Of a stretch of DNA of 64,000 nt, positions 49,628 through 62,400 are shown piece after piece. The number at the start of each line of letters is the position of its first letter. The stretch's first letter is position 1. Source of the DNA: Intoshia linei (lineage: Eukaryota; Animalia; Orthonectida). Under the pieces are notes generated by a model. That model saw nothing but the letters and a program-made list of their open reading frames with translations, made no database searches and had not been told where the DNA came from. A program made the translations under genes and the position numbers. The stretch lies in NCBI GenBank assembly GCA_001642005.1, contig LWCA01000012.1, forward strand, positions 27,159 through 91,158. The letters are read 5' to 3'.

Positions 49628-52600
49628 ATGGCTACCGTTTTTTCATGTAAAATAACTGATGTACACAAAAAAGGCATCACTGCAATTGGTTACCATTCTA
49701 TTCGTCGAGAAATCATTGTGGGATTCGAAGGTAAATATAGTATTAACATAACTACTGATATATAAATGTATACTGTATATTATAGCCTGTAACTGGTACG
49801 GGTAGGTTGGTGCTACTGTTTTCGAATCTCTGGTCGGGTAAGGGATAAAATATTTTGTAAATATGAAGGTGAGTGTGGGCAAGTGGAATAAAAATTAATA
49901 ATAATTATTGAAATAATTTACTTTTATCTGATTTTTTTGTATCCTTATGATAGTAAATTTAAATAACAGCATAGATAACTTAGATACATAAAAGTATAAC
50001 GCATCATCAAAGCATCCTTACATATAAAGTTAAAAACAGCCAAAACGGATTCTTTGAACAGCCTTGGACTCAAAAAAAATTCAGACTTTTTGATGCGACA
50101 AGAAGTTAAGAAAGTGAAATAAAATTTTTTTAGAGTAAGATGAGTTTTTAGAAGGTCTAGTTCCGTTTAACTTATCTGACTTCCCTCTGCCAATCGTTAA
50201 TACTGGCGGCTATTATTACTGTCATTATGTGACAATTAAATTATAACAGTGGTTCTCGATTGTGGTTCCTGGACCTATTGGATGTCCAAAACTCTATGGG
50301 GTCTGTAGTCCGTGAGATTCAAATATAATATGAAAAACATTTTATCAACTTTTCTTTACTTTTATAAAATAATTTTTAATGTTTATTACAGAATCGCACA
50401 ATGTTAGGAATTTATCCCATTGCCTAGACGATCATTATATTATTTAAAAAATCCCAATTTTATCCACCATTACTACAATTCTCAGAATCTCAGAGTACAG
50501 TAGGTTCGGAACTGCATAAGGATTTATTTTAACATGATATATTCATTATTTGATTAATATAATAAAATCTAATCAGTATCCTCATTTGATAAGACGTATC
50601 ATAATTTATGAAACATAATAAGAAATATCAAATATAATAGATAACAAAGTTATAATTAATTTGATTCTAAATTTCAAAATTTTTAAAAATGAAAAATTGC
50701 GTAGCAATGATAAAAAAATAGAGTAATCAATTTATGAGATTGAACCCCATATTTCTGTATTTCAAATATGTATACGTTCAGTTAGCATTTTTTTGAAATT
50801 GTAGGATTAATATTTTCAATTTTAACCTGAAAATATTGGTTGATAATATATTCAAAATTATTTTTGACTATGAATGCGCAGATTTCTAAGAATGAAATTT
50901 TGTATATAAATCAACTAATATAAGCTATACCAGAAAATTTTTTATTTTACAAATAATGTAATGAAATAATTTGGAAAAAAAAGAAAAGAGTCAATGGTAA
51001 ATAGTAAATTGCTTTTTTGTCCGTGAAGGTCTAACTTTGAAAATTGAAATTTGTAACAATCTCTATAATTTTAACATCGGTATCAGAATTACATCGAAAT
51101 GTAACGTGGACTTCGATAATATATACAAGTGATTCTCAAAACGGGCGCCAGTGCGATGAGACATCTAAAATAAATTTTAAACCAAGTATTTTAAACCCTT
51201 ATTAATATTCACGTCATATTAACATAAAAAAGTCAAATAATTAAATATACGTTGAAGAAAAAATGAGAATTTAGAAAAAAAAATTTTTGAGAAACTGTAG
51301 CCAGTTTTGCCAAGACAGAAGTTTTGATTTAATTTATAAGCTTAGTTTTTTTTAATAAATAAGCACAGTGCAGTCAATGAGTGCACACTAACATTTATTT
51401 TAAGATTTTGGATAAAATAGATAGAACGCTGGTATCAACTCTGACATATTTATATTTGAATACATTATAAAGCAAAATTCATTCATCAGGTAGAGCCGAA
51501 ACTACAGTACTCAGACTTCTCCTCTGAACCTCAAACATTTTAGTAAAATGGTGGGTACTAATCATATATTATATCAGATGGATATCTAAAATTTATGGAC
51601 GATGAAAAAGGAGCTATTTTAAATACATATAAAGAACATAATGGATGGATAAACCACATTTATCATTGGTAATCAAGTCGCAATATTTTTTATAGTTCTA
51701 ATTTTAACTGTCTAGGAAAAAACAAAACTTGGTATTTGCTAGTGGTAATGATGGTTTACTTGTCATAATAAAAAACACTGGTGCTGTACTAAAGAGTATA
51801 CAATTTAAAAGACCCATATATACATTTTCTATCGATGTTAATATGAATTATTTTATTTTGAATCAAATGAATGTGATCGAATATCATCAAATTATAATTA
51901 GTAATATATTTATTATTATTTTATGATTTATCATTTATAAGATCAAATCAATCAGAGGTGATTCACCGTAATATAATTGAGTCGGTAAGTAAATGTTTGC
52001 ATATTAAAACATTTACGTATACCTTGAAACACATATTGTGGCCATACCTTTTAAAATGAGCTCTCTTGATCCACATTTTGATGAATTCAAAATTAAGTAA
52101 CCTCAATTTTACCAATTCAACTCAAAACCAAAAATATCAATATTCCATCATAAATCAAATTCATTACTATATATGTCGTATAGAATGTGTAAAACTGTAA
52201 AATGTACACATTCTATGGGTTAGTCGTAGAATGTGTAAAATTTTCATTTATATTTTAATTTTAGTTTAATTTTGGGTTTTACAATTTTTTTTGAACAAAA
52301 CTTTATCGTGGCTTTTTTAAAAATTTTTTTGAACCAAACTTTCAATGGGGTTTTTAAGATTTTTTTTGAATGAAACTTTCAAGGGCGTTTTTAAATTTTT
52401 TTTTGACCAAACTTTCAAGGGGGATTTTTTATTATTTTTTTTAACCAAACTGTAAGGTTGTCTTTAAGTTTGATTCAAAAAAAATTTCCCAAAAACCTCC
52501 CTTCAAATTTGGTTCAACAAAATTTATAAATAAACCAAATAAATAAATTAAAGTTCTGTTCAATAAAATTTCCTAAATACCCCTCATAAATTTTGCTTCA

Positions 52601-54871
52601 AAAAAAAATTAAAAACCACCTTGAAAGTATGGTTCAAAAAAAATCTTAAAAACCCCCTTGAAAGTTTCGTTGAAAAAAAAAATCTTAAAAATCCCTTTAA
52701 AAGTTTGGTTGAAAAAGAAAATTTATATAATTCATTCCTTCGAAATTTTCAAAACATTCTGAATAAAATTTATAATAAAAACTACAACAACGACACTAAA
52801 ACAACTTTGTTAATATCATTTTTATATTTATTATAATTTTTTGCAATATTGGTAAAATTCGACTGAAATATGTTTATATAGTGAAGATTCGGTTAATTAT
52901 GGATACATAGTTGGTATTTTTAAGTATTTATTAAATTGGTACTGAATATGTATCGTCACATTTAAAATGACAAAATAGGTTTTCATAATTTTATTTTTTC
53001 AGGGATTTATGCAATTTATGACAATTTTTAAGATTGGACTGTTTTTACTTTATTTTTAATATTATACACATTATAAACATTCTGTGTAATAAATTAAAAA
53101 AATGGGATAACAATTTTTTTTAAAATTCTTTACGCAAATGTTAACAAAAAAAATTAAGATGGAATAATTTACTTTAAAGTAAAAAGTAATGTGATATGAT
53201 GGTTCCACCTGAAAAAAATTTGGGATCCACTCCTTTAAAGGATTGATAATAGTGAATAGTAAGATTTTTAACGTGACTTTATTTTTTAAGTATAATAAAA
53301 ATGTGCACTCGGTAGAGCTAGGTTCTGTTTGGACGTTTTACATAACATCAACCTAGTACATTATATAAGTTTACCAAATAAAAGTATTTTAGTATTATGA
53401 TTTTATATTTATCGTTTTTAATTTTTGCACATTTTTGAATATCGATGTGTTTTTTTATCAAAATTTTTATTTATTTATTAGATGCTCCCTGAAGTAAAAA
53501 TGGTTAAGAAACACCGGTTTAGATAGTGCACAAACCAAAACATTTATTTATTAATCAAAAAATGGAACATAAATTAAATATATATAAAATTAGCTGGAGC
53601 AAACAGTTTGCATTTAAATAAAATATCACGGTTAAACATTCACACAGATATTGTCAAGTGTTTAACGTATTACAATTTGCGATTTATATCTGGAGGGTAT
53701 GATGGAACATTAATTATATTTGAACAAACATTGTTAGGGAAGAATGGGTTGATCGTTAATATAAAGTAAGATATTATATATTGTTATTATTGTACATATT
53801 GCTATAATTATTCAAAATAGTTTCAAATATAAATATAAAAAAATTATTTATAGAATACAGAGAGCCCATACAGCGGGAATTTCAGCATTACTAGGATTTA
53901 TAGACGAAGATAAAAATAACTGGTAATTTTATAAATATAGTATTTCAAAAACAATGTACCATAATTGGGTATTAAAAAAGTAGATGGCGAGTTTCATCGA
54001 AATAAATTTATTAAAATACTAGGTTAAGTGTTATTTACTTATTACCAACAATACCTAGCTCTGCCGATGGCGGATTTTTTCAATTCTACTAAAAAAAACA
54101 AATCCATAATAAAATCTTAAATAAAAATGATAATATTCACTATTACCATTCTTAAAGGAATGGTTCCCAAATTCATTTCACCATGGACCGGCCATTTCAC
54201 ATTAAATTAAATATGAATTATTTCCACTTAATTTTATTTTGTTAACATTTGTGTAAAGTATTTTAAAATTCATGAACTCGTTTGATTTTTAAAAAAAAGA
54301 TAATGGGTTTTTGGCACTGAAGTACTCAATTTATGAAAATGAAATTTGCGATAAAACCTCACCTCTAAAAATTGTAGTATAAATTGGTGTTTTTTAAACC
54401 ATGTTACTTTCTATGCATCTTACTTTTTTAAATAAATGGTTCCAGAAAAACAAACGGATTATGTCAATTATACCTTGTGTAAAAGCTTTCAATAAATTTA
54501 TTTTAGGTTAGTAACTGGATCATTTGATAAATATGTAAAATTATGGAGTTTTGAAGGAAATTTGATACATAAATTCGACGGATTTCCTACGCCTATAACG
54601 GGAATTTGTTATTCAATTGCAACTAGAATCATTTGGGTTACATTCTCTAATAATTCTGTTCATTTATTCGATCCAATTTCTGGACAAAATGTATATTATT
54701 ATTACATACATTATATATATTATGTACATATTGTATTGTATATCATAATAATAATTACATTTAAATATTAATAGATATCACATTGTGTAGAAAAATATAT
54801 GCCTGAAAATCAAAAACATGCATACCCCATTTTGTTACTCCATTATTGTAACGAAAAAGGATTAATCATTG
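49628..54871 (+). CDS. WD40-repeat protein (resembles WDR97/WDR87-type N-terminus); 3' end unresolved
   Basis: Approximate exons 49628-49730, 51578-51668, 51716-51901, 51941-51984, 53593-53765, 53853-53922, 54507-54690, 54776-54871: VHKKGITAIGY..IIVGFE|DGYLKF..EHNGWIN..FASGNDG; IHTDIVKCL..ISGGYDGTLIIF; AHTAGIS..W|LVTGSFDKYVKLWS. Confidence 0.85.
52284..52716. repeat. Foldback array: about 37-bp tandem units in two opposed blocks
   Basis: About 5 units of TTTTTTGAACCAAACTTTCAAGGGGTTTTTAAGA, then about 7 reverse-complement units; centre near 52460. Confidence 0.8.
53130..53356 (+). mobile_element. Helitron-like repeat, 3' end
   Basis: Ends ..GCACTCGGTAGAGCTAGGTTCTGTTTGGACGTTTTACATAACATCAACCTAG|T. 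Similar 3' ends lie at about 36650-36850 (+), 54020-54250 (-) and 58586-58670 (-). Confidence 0.65.
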
Positions 54872-55132
54872 GTATACTCTAAATACAGTATACTCTCCAC
54901 AGCTCGCCATTTACTTAAAATATATACTAAAAGTTTTAAAATCATTTTTCAAAATAAGTTAAGTTAATTTGTTTTAAATTTTAATTTTTGTATTACAATT
55001 TACATTTTATTGGAATTTAACCTTTCATTTAAAGGTTGTATCTGCTGTTTCTATATTTTCAAATTCTCTATCTCGCCAACTTTTTCTAAATCCCAAAAGT
55101 GGCAAGTTATAAAGAAAATACTGTATAATCTA

Positions 55133-55485
55133 CAGTCAAAATCTCATTTAACGAATGTTTTGTTTAACGAATATTTCATTTAACGAATTTCTGATTAACA
55201 AACGCGTAAATTCAATATTATTTTATTTTTGTAATAGTTTTTAGAAGTTTTTTTAAATATTAGATTGACTCTTTTATGAAGTCATGGAATTTTTTTTATA
55301 TATAATATATAATCAAAAGTTAATATATATAATATAAATATAAATAAATATAATTTTGATAAATTTAAGACATTTGTGCAGCAGCACATTTCTAATGCAG
55401 TTACATTTTTAATATTTGCGTTAAATTCATTTAACGAATATGCTATTTTAACGTTTGCCATTTTCGTTAAATGAGATTTTGACTG
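55133..55485. mobile_element. pogo/Tigger-type MITE with perfect 23-bp TIRs
   Basis: TA|CAGTCAAAATCTCATTTAACGAA .. TTCGTTAAATGAGATTTTGACTG|TA with TTTAACGAA subterminal repeats. An older related element lies just left (about 54886-55123). Confidence 0.88.
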
Positions 55486-56480
55486 TATTATAGTCATTGT
55501 TTGTTTTATTACATATCCTAACTTATATAAACCACTTTTTAGTGTCTCTCTGTCTGTGTTTTATCTTTTATTTTAATAACAAAGAGTTTTAGATTTTTAA
55601 CAAACACAATTTACTATTCAGTTTTTTTATGGGGAGAAAGTAAGATAAATTTTAATCCCACACCCTATTTCTCCAATTTCCACATACAATTTCAACTTCA
55701 TACACAATCCCAAAAACTTGCATCTTACCTTTCAAAAACTCTAAGTATCCTAATTTTTGAAAATCAAACGAGTCATAGAATTTAAAAAAATTACATTTTA
55801 TTCGGAGACAAAATAAAAACTCCAAATTACTTTTTTTAAAAAATGAAAATAATCCTAGAATTGTCCAGTTAATACACACATAAATTTTTGATTCCACTAA
55901 TAAATTACATTAAATTGATATTAAAATACTCTTTTAAAAAATAATATGAATAAAATATGTTAAAAAAAAATACCGGTAATTTACCGGTAAATATTTATTC
56001 GGTTAATTGCCAACCCTAATTTACCGACAAAACTTGAAAATAAAATAAAATTTAATAATTACACTATTTTATAATACTGTTTACTAAAACAATTTTAAAA
56101 TTGAAATTCATTTAAACTCATTAATCGGTAATTGTTTCGCTGTTTTCTCATTAATTTTGATCCAATACAATATCAATAATAATACTTATAGTCTTCAATT
56201 TTAAAAAGTTAACAGTATCATAATATTAAGCGTTCATAATAATAATAATAATAATATCACAGTCGCATAATCGTTATATTAAACACAAAATTGCTTAATT
56301 TCTAAAAATTCTAAAAAATTATTGATTATTTAGCATTAACTTAGTGTTGACTCAAAAGTGACTAATGGATATATTGAATTTCCACATGGTAAATTATATG
56401 AAAGTTTGCTTTTGTTTCAATTTACAAAACAACAATAATGCAAAATTCAATCCTTAAAAAAATTTAGGAAACATAATACA

Positions 56481-59400
56481 ATGTTACTGAATAGAATTAA
56501 AAAAAAGGACCGATTAAAATCAATAATTAATAATAATGAAGGTATCGAGATAAATGTTGACATATAATTGTATTTAAATTAGATAATAACGAAAAAAAAG
56601 TGGATTTATTGGCTGAACTAACTCCCCACTTTGAAAATGTTAGTAAACAAAAATTACGACATCTACAAATGTGCTTACGAAAATTTGCTAATGTAGATGC
56701 TGTTATTTCTGTCAAAGATCTTCAAGTATTATTTAAGGTTAGTTTATACAATTTTATTTATACAATATTAAATAAAATGCATTAATAATGTTTTAAGGAA
56801 AACGAAATTGATATTCCCAAGCGATTATTTGATGCTTTGGTTGCAAAGTATAATTCCCCCATTGGAATTAAATATGAATGCATTTACAGTCTTATTGAAA
56901 ATGCACAGAAATCGTCGGGAAGGGACAGCGTTTTAGGCTTACGGGAAATTAAAGGCATTCAATCTAATCATAATGTAAATATTTATTTATCTAAATGACT
57001 ATTCTATACCAGTGATTCTTTACCGGTGTGCCGCAAATAATTTTGACTTTATTTTATAAATTTTTAAAAATTAATCTCAAACTTTTACTTTGACGATTAT
57101 TTGATGAAACTTTTGGAATTTATTATTTAACGTATTAAATTATTAGTATTTATATTAAATAATATGTCGAACATTAACAATGTCAACATTTTATTATACA
57201 TAAAATGTTCTTTACTAAATTCACTAAATAGAAATATTTATATATTATTTCTATGATTTTATATTTTTAATTTTTGCACATTTTAGAATATTGATTTTTT
57301 TTTATTTTCAAAATATAAGGTGCGCCACTTTTTATTTTTTTCGCAGATGCGCTTTGAAGTAAAAACGGTTAAAAAACACTGTTATGTACATTATTTCCTA
57401 ATTATTAAAAGTTGTATGCGCGACAATGGTGACATTATATAAATTTTTTTAAAAAATTAATACCTTAAAATACAAAAATATACAAATTGTAATTAAAAAA
57501 AAAAATAAAGTTGACTGTAAATTAATTTTTTTTAAAAAGGTAAAAATATATGCTTTTTAACGTTTAACACTTTTGGGTATGCGCATTGTAACGATAAGGT
57601 ATTGTACGAAGGAATCTGGAAGATTGTACAAGTTAGAGTTCGAAGAATTTATTATTTAAATTATGATTTATATATAAAGTTCACTTGTCATAGTGATTAT
57701 ATCACTACACGCATATAAATCAAAATAATATGGTAATATATAATAATAATATATAATAAGTAATAATTAAAAATCAAAATCAAGTAATCGTATTCAATTA
57801 AGACTCTTTAGGGTGAAAAATGATTTTCGGTTTGCCTTAAATTATGAAATTATAAACATTTGATAAAATTATATATATAGACACACAAAATGTATATTTT
57901 AAAAAGTTTTTTCAATATTCAGTAATATATTGGAAAATTGAGTTTTTTTGAAATTAGGCTTCTCTACCGTACTTAAAACAATACGACAGTTATATGAGAA
58001 TTAAATTAAATTGTTATAATACATTTTAGTTTTTGGACGAAGAAAAAAAAGAAGAGGAAATAATCCAGCGACTTATTTTGCATTATGATATCAATATTGT
58101 AAAATCAATTAACAAAGTGTCGACATATTTTAAGAAATATGACAAGGATAAAAGTGGCATTTTGTCAAGATCAAAAGTACAAATTACTTTAATTTTACCT
58201 GTTAAATTAACTTAAACGTAACCTACCGTTGGGAGGTGCCTCTTCTGGAAATTTAACGAAATTATTCTAATATTAAATCTCATTTTTAATATCATAATAA
58301 TTGTGTATCAAATTTAAACTCTAAGTTCCGAGTCGCTCCAAATCGACTAAGTCAAAAATTAATTAATTTGGACGATAATTAACTAGAAAATCAAATAATA
58401 AACTTATGAATATTAATGAAATATTAATAAATAATGGTAAGAAGCAATCGCCTAAAAAATTAAAGGAGGAACTAGAAAATAAAATAGAAACTTTAAAAAA
58501 GTTAAAAAAGATTAAAATGACAGAAATTAAGTATCTTAAAATTAATTACATTACATAAATGTATAAATTCATATATTATAATGTACTAGGTTGACTGTTA
58601 TGTACTACGTATAAACAGCACCTAGCTCTGCCGAGGGCACATTTTTATTATACCAAAAAAATAAATTCACAAGTAGAGTAGTAGGGTAGAGTCAAATCCT
58701 GGCGAAAATATCAAAATCGATTTTTCAAGTTGGATTCAATTCCTATATTAAATGTCTTATCGTCAAAAATGTATCGATTTGATCAAAATTTATAATAAAT
58801 ACTTTAGATATTGGATATTTGCAAAAAAAGTGAACTTCCAATATATGGAGCACTTTTAAAAATGTTAATCAAAAGATGTGACAAGGAGGATAATGGCCAA
58901 GTAAGGTAGAGTTTTAGTTGTGCGTTGTATCTATTCATGTTAGCGATTAATTCTATTTAAGCGCAAATTACACTGTCCAACATTGTAGAAACAAACAACA
59001 AAAAGAAACTTAATGTAACATATATTAAAATAATCAGCTAATTTTTGTGATTCTAACGATATACATATTTTTATAATTGAAGATCAAAAAATGGTGATAT
59101 TTTAATTAGTAATTTTATTATTCTGTTAAATTATGACCCACAAAAAACATAGTGACATGTTTTACATATCAAATACAGTTTTTATTATATCTTTCAATTA
59201 ATTAAAGCGATGAGTTAATTTTATAATTACATTCTTACAAAACATTTAAACAAGATTTAAACCAAGAATTACAATGTCGAACACGTATACTACCAACTTA
59301 CTGCGACCATCATAAATTTTTCCTAATCTCAGTGCACTAAATTAATGGCTGGTATATTAAATGGCCCACAAATTAGAAAACTATTAAAAGATGTACATTT

Positions 59401-62400
59401 TCGATTTACCCTTATACCTGAACAAAAAGATGCGTTTAATGCTTTGGAAAATGTAATCTCCTTTTTTATTTGAAACAATCGATCTGAAAATTACAAGGAT
59501 TTAATCGATCGGTTATTGATAAAATACCAAGAAATGAACTGCCTTTATAGCATAAAAATGCATTACCTAGAATATCATTTAGATTTCTTTGCGTTAAACT
59601 GCGGTATTTGGTCAGACGAAAAGGGTGAACAATTTCATCAAACTATGATGTTATATGAAAAATGTTTTGGAAGATGTAGATCATTAAATATGATTTGTGA
59701 TTTTTTTAGTGGTGTTCAATAAAAAATAAATTTTAAATTTATCTAATTATTATTTTTTTTATTAAATATTTTTAATTGATATTTTCTTATATCTTAATTT
59801 TTGAAATTTATGTCTATCACTTACATCCTTGATATTGAACAAGATTCGTCTAAGGTTAACCCGAAAAAGTTGATTTTACGTGTAATGTAAGTAGTACGAG
59901 AAAATTTTTATTTTATATTGTTTGTCGATGTTGCCTTAAAATTAGAGTTAATTAATTAAGGTAATTAAATAATTAATGACAATTTTTTTTATACATATGT
60001 AGACGTGTATGTCTATCTGTCAATTTTACCATTTGTAATATACAATATTAATTGTAAATAGACCTCACGGTGAAGTGTACCTCTTTAAAAAAAATACTTT
60101 GATCCCTAATTAAATCCAAAATCGATCTTGAAATTAATAAATTTTTTTTAAAAATTGATGTATACTGGTTCACTTATATATAACAGAAGTTTCGGTCAGT
60201 TTGTCGAAATTTTGTTGGACAGTGTTATTAACTCGCTTTAAATACATCCATACCCCTTTTTGCCTACAATTATCTGTATTGAAAATTATCATAATATATT
60301 TCATTGATATCGATATTGATATTCATCCTTATTCATTTCATGAAACATTTTTTAAATAAAAAAGCTTTTAGTTGGCCAGATTTCTTGGATTATCTGAATA
60401 GAGCTTTAAAAAAATCAAAATTTAGCAAGAAATTAAGTTTACGAGAATTTACAAAATTTGTGACAAAAAATGACGTTATCACTCACGTCGAAAAGAATGT
60501 ACAAAACATGGAAAACCAAGATAAAAAAAATAGCAAAACCAAAGAAGAACCAAAAAAATCGAACAAAGTATTAAATATGTTTAAGAATGTTAAGGAAAAA
60601 TCAAAAAATTCTATTATGAGCAATAAAAATAATCCTGATAAAAGTATAAATCCAATTAATGGAACTGATAAACAATTTACTAAAACGGTATTAATTTGCT
60701 ACTTTTATTTATTTTGTTATTTATTTTTGTATAAAATTGAAAAAAAGTTGAAACAATTGCAGTACAAATGTAAATGTATATTTAAGTTTAAAATTACTTT
60801 ATAGGCTACAAGGAATAAGAAAATTTTGAATACAAGTAATCTTACATTATTAAAACTATCATGTGGTTTCCATCATGGTCAGGGTCGCAATTTCTTAAAT
60901 CAAAAAATTTATATGATATTAATTAATGTTGAGAGCAGTATTTTTTATAGAAATAGTTTTCTAAATTAATTTAAAATATCTATCTACTTTACATATGTAT
61001 GTATTATATTAGTTATATATATTTAAATTATTCTTAAGTAGGCATAAAATCATGGCAAATTTTAGTTGTAAAATTAAATTTTTGTTATTGACCGGATCCG
61101 ACCCACTGATACATCAAATTTTTTGTTTATTTCTATATACTAACTATACAATATTTTAGTTAACCTAGGTGCAAAAATGAAGAAAAACACTATTAAGTCT
61201 ATTTCAATAAAAGCCAATAATAAACCGGCAATTTTGTATAAATCAGATGCAATCGATACAAATAATGTCAATACTAATCCACCTGAAAATAAATTGAAAA
61301 TTGAATGGATGTAAGTCATATCATAATTTTTAGGAATATATTAATAATATAACTAATTTCACTGTTGTATACTTGGTACAAAAAGCATCTTAGCTCTTCC
61401 AAGGGGGCACTTATTTAAATTTTCAAAAAAATAAATTCAATAATAAAATCATACTTAAAAATAATATTATTCACTGTGTCTTATTTACCAATACTTTATT
61501 TTGTATTTATTTTATAAAATTTTGCATATGTATCAACCTGAATAATCTGTATAAGAATAATTTTTTTTTAATTATAGGACCTTTAATTATTCCAAATGTT
61601 TGTATTAATAAAATAGTTTCGAAATAAAAAAAATGAATACTAAAAGCTTATTTGACTGAAAAGGCGTTACTTATAATAATTATAAGATTTAGATTTTTTT
61701 CGATACTTGTTAATATTTTATTACTTTTTTAATATAAACGATTGCTGCTTTATAAATTGGTTATAATGAATCATATTTTATGTACAGCATATTTTAGATA
61801 TGGATACTCTGGAAAACAAAGCAGAGATAATATTTTGTTTGTAAAAAATGATATAATTGTTTACAATGTGGCATCAACAGTAGTAATATTCACCATTTCA
61901 CAAAATCGACAGCGCCATTTCAGACAGCATACAAGTATTGTGACATGGTAATCATTTTTTTTTAATATTCGCAGTTAATTAAAATACTTTTGTATTGTCT
62001 GAATGATACCTTTTATTTCACATTTATTCTTTTTGGAGATAAAAAATAACACATATTAATAATCATTATTATAATAATAATAATTTATTATATATATTAT
62101 TTAACATTTAAATTAGCTTGGCCCTTCATTCCAATCAAAATACACTTGCTTCTGCACAACACAAATTTTTGAACACAGTTGAGGTATTAATTTTTGATAT
62201 AAACAATAATAAACAAAAATTAATAATGTTATGATAAATGTTTTCATGTAATTATTAGTAATTATTAATCCCTATCTAATTATATAATAACTTAATTTAT
62301 TATTTTAGCCTAGAATTTTGGTTTGGCAAATTTCAAATTTGGAAATAATAGCAAAAATAGATTCCACGTTATTGCCTTTATCCATTAACTGCATGCAATT

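Noticed and set aside
49790-49850. tRNA-like TTCGAATC motif in the first WD40 intron
   Set aside because: No cloverleaf or acceptor stem could be built; at most a SINE remnant.
52284-52836. About 37-bp repeats as a CRISPR array; ORF 52621-52836
   Set aside because: Units are contiguous, degenerate and lack unique spacers; the context is eukaryotic with no cas genes; the ORF is just the translated repeat.
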